NCBI GenBank assembly: GCA_001643675.2
Contig: LSRY02000013.1
Location: 1,674,001 to 1,738,000, forward strand
Length of the DNA stretch: 64,000 nt
Source: Monocercomonoides exilis PA203
Lineage: Eukaryota; Protista; Preaxostyla
Reading direction: 5' to 3'
Shown: piece by piece, positions 26,533-38,379 of the stretch
Position numbering within the stretch: position 1 is the first letter of the stretch
Layout: each line of letters starts with the position of its first letter
Notes under the pieces: model-generated
What the model was told of the DNA's origin: nothing
Seen by the model: only the letters and a program-made list of their open reading frames with translations
Databases searched by the model: none
Translations under genes and position numbers: made by a program

Positions 26533-27399
26533 GATAGGAACAAACAATTTTGTGAAATTTGTTTTGAAAAGGATAAAACACTTACCAACAATTAATAATT
26601 CTCGAAACAAAAAATTTCTGCACAATTGTCAATCAACAAACCTTAATTAAATTATATTTCATTACAGTTCTTTTTCAAACTTTCACAGAGGTTATAACCT
26701 TCACTTCAATTGTGCAACAAGATTTCTCAATTTGTTTGTTAAAGTTTTTGAAGTATTATTTTCAGTTTTGCATTTTCATTATTATTCATATTTGAAAAGA
26801 ATAAAACTTCAGTGTGTGTTTATGTTTAAAAAAATATTATCTTCAATAGACATTTTTCATGATTTTCCATATTGATTCTTGTAATTTGCAATAAAAAATT
26901 TTAATTCCTTTTTATTAAGAATCGTATATTTTGTCAAAAATAAGAATATTGAGAGTTTTTTAAAATAAAATTGAATCAAGTAAATATTGTCCATGAATAA
27001 AGAACAAAATTCTTTCTTGTTTCATATATAAAAAAATGATTTCAAAAATTATAAATAATTTTGTTTTCTGTATTCTTAATTTGTTTCTTTTTTTTCATTT
27101 TAAAAGTTGTTCCTCTCCTTTTTGTGAAAGTTTCTTTGGATGAATAAAAAAAAATGCACGTCATTGCTATTCATTTTGATGGTTCTGATTTTCTTCCTCG
27201 TTTTTAAACATTCATCATCGTAATCATCATTATCTCATTCTTTTTCTTCTTTTTCTTTATTGAATTCTTCGTCTTCTCCTCTTTTTTCTTTCACCTCCTC
27301 CTCTTCTTATCTTCTTTTGATATTTCTATTTCTTTATCTTTATTTTTATCTTTACCTAATCCTTATTCTTATTATTTTTCGCCAGCCGCACTGCCTCTC

Positions 27400-28880
27400 C
27401 CATTTCCCTCAGCTCCCTTTTCCTCCTTTCTTTCCCATAGTCTTCTCTCGCTAAAATCTCCGGTGCTTTTGACTGCATTTCCCACTCCTCCGACGTACGC
27501 ACCTCTCCTCGCCGTTGGATCTTATCCTGCTTCACCGCTACATCCAGTCCATTCACCATCACTGCTCACGGGTTCAAGTTCGTCAGCAGCATCTCCATCT
27601 CACCTCTGCGCAGGATATGATGGCACACGTGCACCTCCCAAAACACAACTTTCTCTGAAAATTACTCACAGTGCTGCAGCAGCTCCAGCATCCGTCCTGT
27701 ATTCTTTTTTTCAACTCCAAACAATTCTCTTGCTTGATGTTCAGAATTATCTTCCTCTTCCTAAACCCCACACTTCCCCTCCACTCTTCCCTTTCCACAT
27801 CCCCCATTCCCTTTTTTATTTCCATCATGGATCTCCATCCTTCATCACCACTTTCTTCTCCAGCTCTGCCTTCAATTCCTTCAATGCTTTTGGAGCATCT
27901 TTTCCACACTTTGCTCTTCCTATTTGCTTCTACAATCTCCTTGGGTTGCACAAGCCGCTGCTCCTGCTGCTTCCTCTTCCATCGCAGCTGCAAGTGGAAC
28001 CCCATAGTCATCACCACTGTCACACCCACCGTACTCACTTCAATATGCAGTATGATCGTCCACCCATACAGCTCAAACAGGCTCCGCTCCCTGCCTACAC
28101 CTTCCTTTCTTTTTTCCAGTGTAATAGCTGCTGTCTCGTTGAACTTTCTTCCTTCCCCTGCCTCATCCTTCCCTGTCTCCTCCCCTGCCATCCCTCTGCA
28201 CCTTTCTCACCTGCCCGCTCCTCCACAGCCATCTCCTCACTTGAATTCATTTCCCTCACCAGCTCCTCCTCATCTTCCCAGCTCTCTTGAATCACATTCA
28301 ACCCGATCCTCCCGTTTCTCCTCGGCTACGCATTGTACTCTGTGCTCTCAAACCGGTTTGCCCTCACCCGCTCGCCCCCATCTGCCACACGCATAATTAT
28401 CTGGAAGTGCAGCTCGCACTGCACCAGCTCCAGCCCTACAAGCTTCAGCCGCTTCTGCCCCTCACTGCTTGCCTAGCTGACGCTCTTCAGCACTGGATGG
28501 AAATGCACACACCCTCCACCACAATCAGCTCTCTCTCGCTAACTCCGAGTTCTGGATGCTGTGCACCTCCACCACCACGTCGATGCCCTGCATGATCCCT
28601 CCCTTCGACGAATGCGATATTCTTGCTTTCTTCACTCTGAACTTGCACTCCTCAACCACCAGCACACATTCTCCATTCCTCCCCAACATCACATTTCCAT
28701 TTTCAAATATCGTAGCAAACACCAATAATTGTTATTCCATCGCAATTGTTACCTGCCCTGCCACTGTTCTGCACTTTTTGACATCACCCACCCGCTGCCA
28801 AACACACACTACACCACGCACATTCCCGCACAAGCGATCCATCTCTTCCAGCAATTCGCATGTATCGCTAAACCTCTAAA
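27400..28880 (-). pseudogene. Frameshifted surface-protein family paralogue
   Basis: Minus-strand fragments FATIFENGNVMLGRNGECVLVVEECKF, KGGIMQGID and VSNFQRKLCFGRCTC, with many frameshifts. Confidence 0.45.
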
Positions 28881-28907
28881 ACTTTAACCATGTTTGAATT
28901 AATATAT

Positions 28908-29161
28908 GGGTGATTATTTTTGAAATCATATTTTTTCTTTCATAAATTTCGGTTCGAAAATTTCACTTGAATATCAACAAAAGAATACTGAAAAAGGAAA
29001 AAACTTATTAAAGAAATCATCATCTTTGTTTGGGAAAAAACACAAATAATTGACACAGTCGTCATGAATTGTGCATTTGAAAACAAATTTTTTTCCAGAA
29101 ATCATCAAGTTTTGAAAAATATCCACCCCGAAAAAAGTTATGTTTTCAAAAATAATCACCC
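28908..29161 (-). mobile_element. Sola-like MITE, subfamily A (254 bp), opposite orientation to 6160-6414
   Basis: ATAT|GGGTGATTATTTTTGAAATCAT...TTTTCAAAAATAATCACCC|ATAT; internal CACCCCGAAAAAAG is the reverse complement of CTTTTTTCGGGGTG in the other A copies. Confidence 0.9.
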
Positions 29162-29526
29162 ATATGTGCATCGTTATAATGTTCCACATCTATACGAAGA
29201 ACATGCTTCGATGGCACAAATTAGTAAGAAAAAATATATGAAATTTTGAAAAAATAAAAATTATTCACAAACAATAAATACAAAAATTTTAACAAGTTTA
29301 AAACTTTAATATAAACATTTTTTCAAATTAAAAATACAAACATTTGAAAAAATGGACTATTGACTTAAATCACGTCAGTGACAGACAGTGACGTGAATGC
29401 CGTGGAATTTATACCTTTTGAAAATGATCACGACACAACCCATTGTTCATTCATTAATTTTAAACAACAGATAAAAAAAATATTAATAATAATCGTAATA
29501 ACACATTAAATCTTATTTAATATAAT

Positions 29527-32500
29527 TAGCCCTGGGTGACGTGGTGACTTCTGAAGTGACCTTTTCGATTTTTGACGGACGTGACAGATTTTTCCTCGTC
29601 ACAAGAAATAAGACATTTTAATATTTGATAAAGAAAATTCAAAAAATTTTTCAAGAAACAAAATAGTTTATTCTCTCCTTTTTTCAAGATAAAAAGTTTT
29701 GGAAAATTTGTCGAATCAGATTATTCATAATGCATTTTTCACTGACGAGTTAGCGGAAATCGGAATTTTGACGTGTCACTGACGTCACAAGTCACTGACG
29801 ACACATCAAGTCAAAAATTAGAATCAGACAAAATAAGTCTTATTTTTGCGAACTGGATAAATGAAACAAGATTCTTAGGTATTACTTTTTTGAATGTCTT
29901 TAACCCATTACAAATCGTTTGTAATCGATAATCAATTTGTTTCCCCAAATGCTCATATATAATTGAAACAAAAAATAGGTATGATGGTTTTAGTTATTGT
30001 TTCAAACAGTTGTGCATGTTCTATGAAACCGAAAATATAACTTGTTCAGTTTGTTTTGTTATTCGTTTTTTATTATCACATAAATTGTCTTTTCATGATT
30101 TGCAGTGATAGATTATCTTGGAAAGAAATTTTCAATTCAGACAAGTTCATATGTGGAATTTTTAGAAAGGTTGTTGACGTTAACACATTCTATGACTGAT
30201 AAAAATTAATTATCTCAAAGATATAATGGCAAATCAATATTTTGACGAAATGAGAAAGGTTTTTTCGTTTTTGAATGCTCGCAACTGATGCAGTTCAATC
30301 AGAAGAGAAGAAGAGATTGAATCCGTTTCGAATTCATTTTTCAAGTTAATGGGGATAATCAATCAGATTTTTTTTCTCAAACGAAAGGAGAACAGTTAAA
30401 TGAAAATATAAACAGAAAGCCCCTACTCCGATATGAATAGTTGAGGTTTATAATTTATTTTCCATCTTCATCCGTAAGTTAATTATGATTTTTCTTTAGA
30501 ATGAATTATATTTACTGCTTCTGAAATTCTGGAAGATAGATTTGCATCCACATATTTCATGTTTACAAGCGAAATCTCGGTTATTTAAACTTTCATTCTT
30601 CGTTTATTTCTATTCTTATTTTCAACGAAAATGGATATATAATCAAAAATCTTATGAAAAAAGCCAAAATAAAACCATGCAACAGAAAAGAGCTGAGGAG
30701 AAACCATAAACTGGAATGATGTGAAAAATGGAAAAAAGGAAAAAAAGCGAAGGCCTGCGAACGAAAGAACGAAGAATTCAGAATGTTTATTTTCTAAAAA
30801 GAAAAAAGCAATCAATATTTCGAAGAAAATGACAGAAAAGATGAAAAGGAAAACGAAGCAATCATAATTTTAAACTTTTTTGTCTTTTCTTGGTTTTATT
30901 TTTTCGAAATGAAAAACATCATCACATTACAACAATCGTGAGATACGTTTAATATATAACTAAATGATGCTCAAAAATAATTAATAATTTAACTTCCAAA
31001 TTTTCGTTCACTCATTTTCTCTGAAATTCGAAAAATTCACTGAAATATTTCAACACAATAAAATATATTAATTTCTTTAAAGATAAACAAATATTTCTAA
31101 AAAGCTTTTGAGGAAATCTTCATGTTCTTCTTCTTCAATCTTTTCAAACAATCATCTTCAGCTTTCCTTTCTCTTCGCTTTCTTTGATTTCATCTACCAT
31201 CTTTTCATTAAGCTTTTTTGAAATATTCCAAAAGGAAAACAATTCCACATAATTCCATCTTCCAAAGTTGATTGATTCAATACCATCCAAAAGAGTCCAA
31301 TAGCTCCACTTTTCGACAACTCATCAACTTTTGTATGTTTCTTTCTTTATGATTTTCATAATGAATGAAGACACAAGTTGCTGATTTTTCTGCAATTGTT
31401 TGATGATGCTCGAAACTCGTGAAAAATGCTGTAAACAAGTACAGTATATTTTTCGTTCCTCAATTTGTATGAGAATGTTATTTTTAGTAACATAAATTCA
31501 TCCTCAGATTACAAGTTCTTCTTTCGTTTCTTTTTCTTTCTTCTCTCCTTTTCCTCTCTTCCAAACCATACATCAAGAAAGTTCTTTAAATTCTCTTTCT
31601 CCCTCTCTCGCAAATTGCAGTTCATTCGCAATAACTTCTTCAAAATTCCTTTCTCTCAAATATCCATAAATCAAATACCCCTAAGCCGATAGTTTCGCAA
31701 GATGAATGATATTGCTACGTAATATGTTACTTGGATAATATCTTAAATTTCATTCAAATAACATTCTCTCTGTATTTCCTGATTTTTTTTTCAGTTTTAT
31801 CCAATCATCAATAAAACATGAAATTACTTTTTTATTTGAAAAAAGAAAAGAAGAATAATATCAAAAATAAATAAATAAATAAATAAATAGCAACATTCAT
31901 ACATAATACTCAATATCACTCAAAGCCAATGAAGCCGTTTCTTTCTCTTTTTGAGTTTCTTTGTTTTCCTCTTTGTTCAATGCAGCAAACAGTTGACAAG
32001 ATCTGCAAATTGCATGTTAGTCAATTGATGAAAAATTTATTATTGAAAGACATCATTTGAAAAATTCAACCTGTAACGTTTCATCTTTTTCTTTTTCCAA
32101 CTTTTCTTCTTCAAAAAAAATCTTCTCAAATACATATTGCAACGAAAAAATACAATCCGCATATGCACTTTTCACAAATTTCCAAATTCCAATAACTGAA
32201 CTGATTAGCATGTATTTTTCATCGATAATATTTAACCACAATTATTTGGTTTATTTGATGATTTTGTTCTTCAAAAGAAATAGAATTGAACACCTCTTTC
32301 TCAATCAATTCATTTTAAACATTCATCTCTACGATTTTTTATATTTAATCTTCCTCATAGCAACCATCTAAATTGGCAGACAATTCTTCCATTAATCATA
32401 AAAAAATAAACCAATAAAGAAGAATTCGGAAATTTTCAACCGTTTCAAACTGGTGAACTTATTTGCAGATGTCAACTTCCTTTTCGTTTCAAATGTTCTA

Positions 32501-32896
32501 GATGTGAAACTATTCCTTAATATCATTGATGTTGAATTCGCACATGCTTGTGAAGAAAAAATCGATGAACAATTCTAATTCGAATGTGTAATGTGAACAT
32601 AAGTGCTTATGTATGTCATCCTGATATTTGTATTGAAAACTATGGCATTTGAAAGAAACATTCATTTAATTTTTCAATTAAAATTATATAGGCAGAAAGC
32701 GATCAATTTTCAAAAATGGAGGGATAAATTCAGTCTTTATTAAACACTTATATAAATAAATAAAATCAAAAATATCAAAAAATTTATAAAGATGAAAAGT
32801 TATTTATTTTTTTTATTAATTATTTTTTTCATAATTTGAAGTAGAAAATTGGTGACGGACGTGACGAATTTTTTTTCTTCACGTCACCCAGGGCTA
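29527..32896 (-). mobile_element. hAT-superfamily DNA transposon (3370 bp) with decayed transposase
   Basis: 17-bp perfect TIR TAGCCCTGGGTGACGTG / CACGTCACCCAGGGCTA; 8-bp TSD AATATAAT (29519-26 and 32897-904); subterminal GTGAC/GTCAC repeats. Minus fragments NLDG and IIDEKYMLISSVIGIWKF resemble the Ac-type segment after the first Asp; TASVAS near 30290. Confidence 0.9.
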
Positions 32897-33138
32897 AATA
32901 TAATATTAACATTTATCTATTGTTGTTAATTATTTTTATTTTTTTGACAAAAGTGGAATTTGAAAAAATGAGTGAATAATAATATATATTTTGTCACGTC
33001 ACGTCACTCCAAAAATATTCACGTCAGAAGGCATGTGAAGCAGATGTTTACAGAAATGCATGATTAATAAAAAAAGTTGACATACAAACAAAGACAAATT
33101 GAATTGAAAAAAGGATCACATCCTTTATTTAATTATTT

Positions 33139-33378
33139 GGGTAATTATTTTTGAAAAGTCGCAAATGTTTAAATTTCAAATAAATATTAAATTTCATATC
33201 TTAATCAAATTTCGGTTCCCGCTCATGCAACTTCACCAAAGTGGATGATATAATTTGACAATGCTATTTAACACATTCCTGTGAAGTTGCATGAGCGGGA
33301 ACCGAAATTTGATCAAGATATGAAATTTAATATTTATTTGAAATTTAAACATTTGCGACTTTTCAAAAATAATTACCC
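33139..33378. mobile_element. Sola-like MITE, subfamily B (240 bp), 98-bp TIRs
   Basis: ATTT|GGGTAATTATTTTTGAAAAGTCGC...CCC|ATTT; arms 33139-33236 and 33281-33378 differ at one position; 44-bp spacer. Confidence 0.95.
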
Positions 33379-33414
33379 ATTTTGCGAAAAAAGATCAAAA
33401 AAATAAGCTGTATA

Positions 33415-34945
33415 GTTGGTAGATTACCCTTGTAAATTATTATTAATAGAAAACAGTTATTAAAAAAGATATAATGTAATGTTCTATGTGAGTATATGAA
33501 AAAAATTAATCGAAAGTGAAAATTCTGCACTTCGAGTAATCAATCAAGTGGGTTTTGTTGATGGAAGCTTCGCAACCTTCAACAGGAGATGCTTCACTGA
33601 TGTTTTTCAGGACAATTTCAGGATTTAAGGGCCAAATGCCAGAATCTCTGAAAGATGCTACGATGGTAGATGGTTTTAATGCTTCTGATAATGCTTCCTT
33701 AAGTTTTTTGACGAAGTTGGATCTGTTTGATGATGCATTTCTTCACACAAAGTCTGTTTCAGTAGTGAAAATAATTATCTTTATGTTTGCATTGACATAT
33801 TTATCTAATGGCTGGACGATGTGCGAGGTGTGTGAAGGAGGAAATACTATATCGATCCTATTTTCCTTTGCCAGTTCCAAAACATCTTTGTTCGTGTGAG
33901 TCGAAGCACCATCCATATGCAGGCACGCAGGAAAGTTAGATAATCCCATCAGTTTTCTTCTTCTATCAATTGAATCAACTACAACATATTTAAATAAATC
34001 AAAGAATAAAGAAAAATCCATTCCTTTCTTTGTGGTGGCAGTGATAACAAAGTTGTCGGAGTTGGCCTGTGCATATTCCTGAGGAAGAAAGGTAGAATGG
34101 CTGATCACAGAAGTCTTGCAATGCTCCCCGTCAGCAGAAATAAGTAAAAGCAAAGAAATTGATGGAGGAAGAGGTGCTTCTTGAGAAATTGGGCTGGGAC
34201 AATCCGGCAAAGAAACTATCTTTGTTGATTCAGTTGTATCTCTTTTGATGTGAGTTTCATCCAGATTAAATATTAATTGTGGAATATATTTTTTCTTCTT
34301 ATATAATTCTTCCAAATCTTCAAAAAAAGGACGCAAAATGAGCCTTGTTGAGTGTTCGATTCTGTTTATTGGATGTTTTGCAGGCTTTTTTAATGAAGAT
34401 CCTTTTATTTTGGTAACAAAAGAATAACACCACTTTTTATTCATAGCCTTTTTATTTCCGCTTTCGTTCTTTTTTGAAGAAGAAATGAAACTAGCCTATT
34501 TATAATTTAAAAATAATTAAATAATAAAAATAACAAAATTCAAACAGCATTTGTGCATTGCTTTGCAGTTATTCCTTTAAGATGGTGTAAATCATTTTTT
34601 ATTTGCATTGATATTCCATCGCGATACTTTTTTCTAATTTTCCAGTATCTTTCTTTTATTCCGACGTCTCTATGTTCATTTTTCGCCTTTACAGCTCTGC
34701 AGTACGCACTCTTCAAAATCAATCCTGCCTTGAATACATCTGATTCTCTGAAACCTTCTTTTTCAATTATTTTCAGGATTCTTAGCTGCCTTGTTGAATA
34801 CTTTCTATATTCAGACGAAGAAAGAAAATATATAAATCTGCGAAGGTTAAATTTCTCTCGTTGTTTTTTCATAACAACACATAAAGGGGGTGATCATAAA
34901 GAAAATTTCCCGGGTTGTCTACTTTTTCCCGGGTTATCAACCAAC
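33415..34945 (-). mobile_element. pogo/Fot1-like DD35D transposon with degenerate TIRs
   Basis: Left end TA|GTTGGTAGATTACCC versus right end (reverse complement) GTTGGTTGATAACCC; the right end carries two TTTCCCGGGTT direct repeats; right-hand TA mutated to TT. Confidence 0.6.
33508..34872 (-). pseudogene. DD35D transposase (DDE_1) with one intron and a C-terminal frameshift
   Basis: IFNLDETHI, CLHMDGASTH-(35 aa)-PSHTSHIVQPLD, then SFRDSGIWPLNP in another frame; in-frame GT-AG intron 34496-34545 joins the two ORF-track ORFs. Confidence 0.85.
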
Positions 34946-35027
34946 TTTAAAAGGCGAAAAATGCAGGTAGAAGAATGCAGTTTTTTGGCTACAGATGAAG
35001 TTAAAATGGTGAAAACAATCATTTTAT

Positions 35028-35066
<39 letters not shown>

Positions 35067-35368
35067 CCCCTGAGGATTCCGTCATTTCAGTCATTTTCAT
35101 TGATTGGACGAAGATACAGAGCTTTTGTTCTTCGAATACAGCGTTTTAAAATCTGAAAAAAATCGTTTGCTAACTCTTATTGCATGTGCAACAACAAAAT
35201 GAACATTTTAATTTTTTTCCTGATATTTGTTTTTTTTAGGGTAATCTTTTTATTGGCACTTTTTTCTTTATTTGCACTTTTTTTTTAAATAAAAATTAAT
35301 CTGACCCACAAATGATATTTTAAATTATATTTTTGGTATATATACAAATGTGATATATTCTTATATTT

Positions 35369-35626
35369 GGGTGATTATTTTTGAAATCATATCTTTTTTC
35401 GGGGTGTTAATTTTCAAAGATTGTTTGTTTTTTGAAAGTTATTTTTTATTCAAAAAATAAGAAGCATAATAATTGTTTTCATTAACAAATGTTATGCTTC
35501 AACAAAAGATAAAAATGTTTTGAATAAGCCTTTTCACTTTTCAACGTTCATATGAAAATATTCAAGATAAGTTTTTGAAAACCGAAAATTATGTATGAAA
35601 AAATTTGATTTCAAAAATAATCACCC
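35369..35626 (+). mobile_element. Sola-like MITE, subfamily A (258 bp), nested in the pogo element
   Basis: ATTT|GGGTGATTATTTTTGAAATCA...TGATTTCAAAAATAATCACCC|ATTT. Confidence 0.92.
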
Positions 35627-35645
35627 ATTTGAATTTTGAAAGAAA

Positions 35646-35741
35646 TCCAATTTCTCATGGGGGAGAAATGGGGGGGGGGGGGGGGGGGGGGGGGGAATGG
35701 GGGGTTCAAGTCCTTCCATTGAGCTTTCATGAGAAATTGGA
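35646..35741. repeat. 14-bp inverted repeat enclosing a 26-nt poly-G run
   Basis: TCCAATTTCTCATG (35646-59) / CATGAGAAATTGGA (35728-41); G run at 35670-95 flanked by G5 and G6. Confidence 0.75.
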
Positions 35742-35863
35742 CTGCACAAAGGTTTGTAAATATTTCTAATTCATTCAAAAATTTAAATATTAATTAAAAA
35801 TTCTTTAATGAGAATTAATAAATAAAATAATTTATTAACGATCATTACCCATTATATATATTT

Positions 35864-37467
35864 ATGAAATTACTAGTGAAGAAGAAAGCTGAAGCGGCGC
35901 AGAAGCGTCTGAAGGAAGCAATGTCTACATTGCATTACAGGTAATATCGTTCAAGATTGGAAAGGATTGCACACATTGTGAATGACAATGTTGTCAGGAT
36001 AGTCGACTGTATTAAATATGGCGGAATCGGCTGAAAATCTTTGGAGCACGCAGTTAAAGCCATAAAAAACGGCAGGCCTATTGCAAAAGTTGGTCATCCG
36101 CCAATTATCAGCGGTGAAAAAGAAAAACAATTCTTGGAAGAAGTTACAACAGAATCTCGATTTGGGACAAGCCTCTCGTTACGAAAAGCGCGCGATCTGG
36201 TTTGTAATTGATATTTGAATTGTATATTAATTTGTATTAAGATGGAAAATATAATTAACGATAGTGAAGAAGAAGGAGAAAATGAAGAAAAGATAAAAAA
36301 GACAGTTACTCTTACGACGGTTCACGCATTCATAAAGCGCCATCCGGAACTGAAGTCCTCGCTGCCAAAGCAAGTTGATATCAACAGACTTGCAGCATCT
36401 TGTCAGAAAGTCCTAAAGCCGTGGCTCGCCAAATTACAAGTATTACACAATGAAAATAAATATCCAGAGGAATTAATCTTCAATATAGATGAATCTTCGC
36501 TTCGAATTCCGACTTCTACACGTGGCGTTGTTGTTCATCCTGCAGATGAACAAGTTGGGTTCAAAAAGACGGCCGAACGTATTCCGAATACCACTATTGT
36601 TGCTAGAGAAGCTGCTGATGGTTTCTCGCTTCTGTCTATTGTGCTGTGTCCGAGCGTAACTCTTCAGAAAGAATTGACAACACTGTTAACATCGTCATCT
36701 AATATTTATCCAAATACAAACGGCAGGATGGTTGAAGTTTCAAATCAAAAAAGTTCATCCAAAGAACACTTTTACAAAATATCATTGACAGAAGAAAACA
36801 TATTCTTCATGAATCTCATCGTTGCCTTCTTCTCCTGGATTCACACTCATCGCGGGCAGATCCTACGATATGGAGACAGTTCAAAGAAGCTGAAATAGAC
36901 GTCGTCACCTACGTTCCGCACACAACACACATATTGCAGCCGCTGGACAGAGGCGTATTTGCAGTATTGAAGTCAGAGCTATAAAACAATTACAGCTCTC
37001 CGTCATCCACCTCCTCATCTGATAAAAGAACAGCTGTTGCGGATGTGTTGCAACAAGCCTTTCGCACAGCATTCATCCCATCGGTAATCAACAAAGCTTT
37101 CATCAACAGCGGAGTCCTCAGCAATGGATCTGGATCTGTGCTATTGAATCTTCCTCAGTCTTCTCAATACTTCATTCCTTCTCATTCATATAGTTTCCAC
37201 TTCTGCGGAAAAGAAAAAACAGAAGAAAAGCTTCTTGATGAATGGGATGAGCATTATGAAAAACACAAAATGAAAATCGAAGAAATTGTGAAAAATGAAA
37301 ATGAAATTGAAGAAGAAGAATTGCCCTTGGAGAAAAAAGTGAAAAGAAAATTCAGAAAAATTAAGAATGATGACGATGAAACAAGTGATGAATTTGACCC
37401 GTTTGAATGTGAAAATGGAAAAAGAAAAGTTAGAAGAGTAATTGATTCGAGTTTTGTATTTTTTTGA
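35864..37467 (+). pseudogene. DD35D transposase (DDE_1) with one intron, stops and frameshifts
   Basis: KVGHPPII, intron 36200-36241, IFNIDESS, LLDSHSSR-(35 aa)-VPHTTHILQPLD, AFINSGV. Confidence 0.88.
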
Positions 37468-38379
37468 TGTGTTTTTAATTTTTTTTCATTTCAAAAAATA
37501 TTGGTGCCAATAAAGAAAAAAGTGCCAATAAAAAGATGACCCTAAATAAACATTCAAAAACTCAAAAAGATATGGTTCTGATTAAAGCTGGAGTTTCGTT
37601 TCTTCCATTTAATTAAAACCACTTGCTTTTCCAACTTTTTACAGGTTTGCTTTAACTTTCTGTTTTTTAATGTTTGCAGTTATGTTCTTATTGCTCAAAT
37701 ATATTTTTTATTTACCACTTTTTTTATAAAATATGTCAAAATATATTCAAAATCTTTTTAATTTATATTTTTTTGTTCAGTAATATCTAATTGTTACGCA
37801 ATTGGCCTGTATTTACTTGCGTTGCGGCTTCATTGGAAAAGTTTTTTTTATTGGGGAATTCTTCAGATTCTGCTTTCAACCGAACCTATTTTCTGGTGCT
37901 TATTGAGTTCACTTTGCTGCTCGTGCTCCAACAAGAAAAGAAGACAAATGTGTGACGCTTCATTCTTCATGTTGCAGTAATTATTGAAGCAGTGACATTT
38001 TTTTATGAGAGGGTGCTTTCACAGCGCGTAATAGCTAATGCAATGAGACAGGGAATTCAATTGTTTGATAGCGGGAGACAGCAGCGGTGGTGCAAGAAAA
38101 GCAAAAGAATGCTTCGATCAGATGCAGGACAAGGAAGCTATTTGTTGCAGAAGCAGAACTGCAGAGAAATGAAACGAACGAGAACTAAAGAAGGAGGAGA
38201 GATAAAGGAATGAGAATAGAGAGGGGCAGAATAGAAAATAAGAAAGGTTATTTTGTTCAATCTATTTAATTCAATCTTTATTTTTTTAAAATCAATTTTG
38301 AACTTTATAATTATAATTTCAAGACCATTTCATGATTTTTTATTATTTTTAACCTGATTCAGATAAGGATAACGTTCTC

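Larger units (their letters stand above)
35239..37542 (+). mobile_element. pogo/Fot1-like DD35D transposon, 2304 bp including nested insertions, 39-bp TIRs, TA TSD
   Basis: TA|GGGTAATCTTTTTATTGGCACTTTTTTCTTTATTTGCAC ... GTGCCAATAAAGAAAAAAGTGCCAATAAAAAGATGACCC|TA (2 mismatches); TTTATTGGCAC is repeated within the TIR. Confidence 0.92.

Noticed and set aside
26504-35063. Poly-T (26504-32) and poly-A (35030-63) runs as retroposon tails
   Set aside because: No TSD, no shared body sequence, and no Pol III boxes or RT motifs could be seen.
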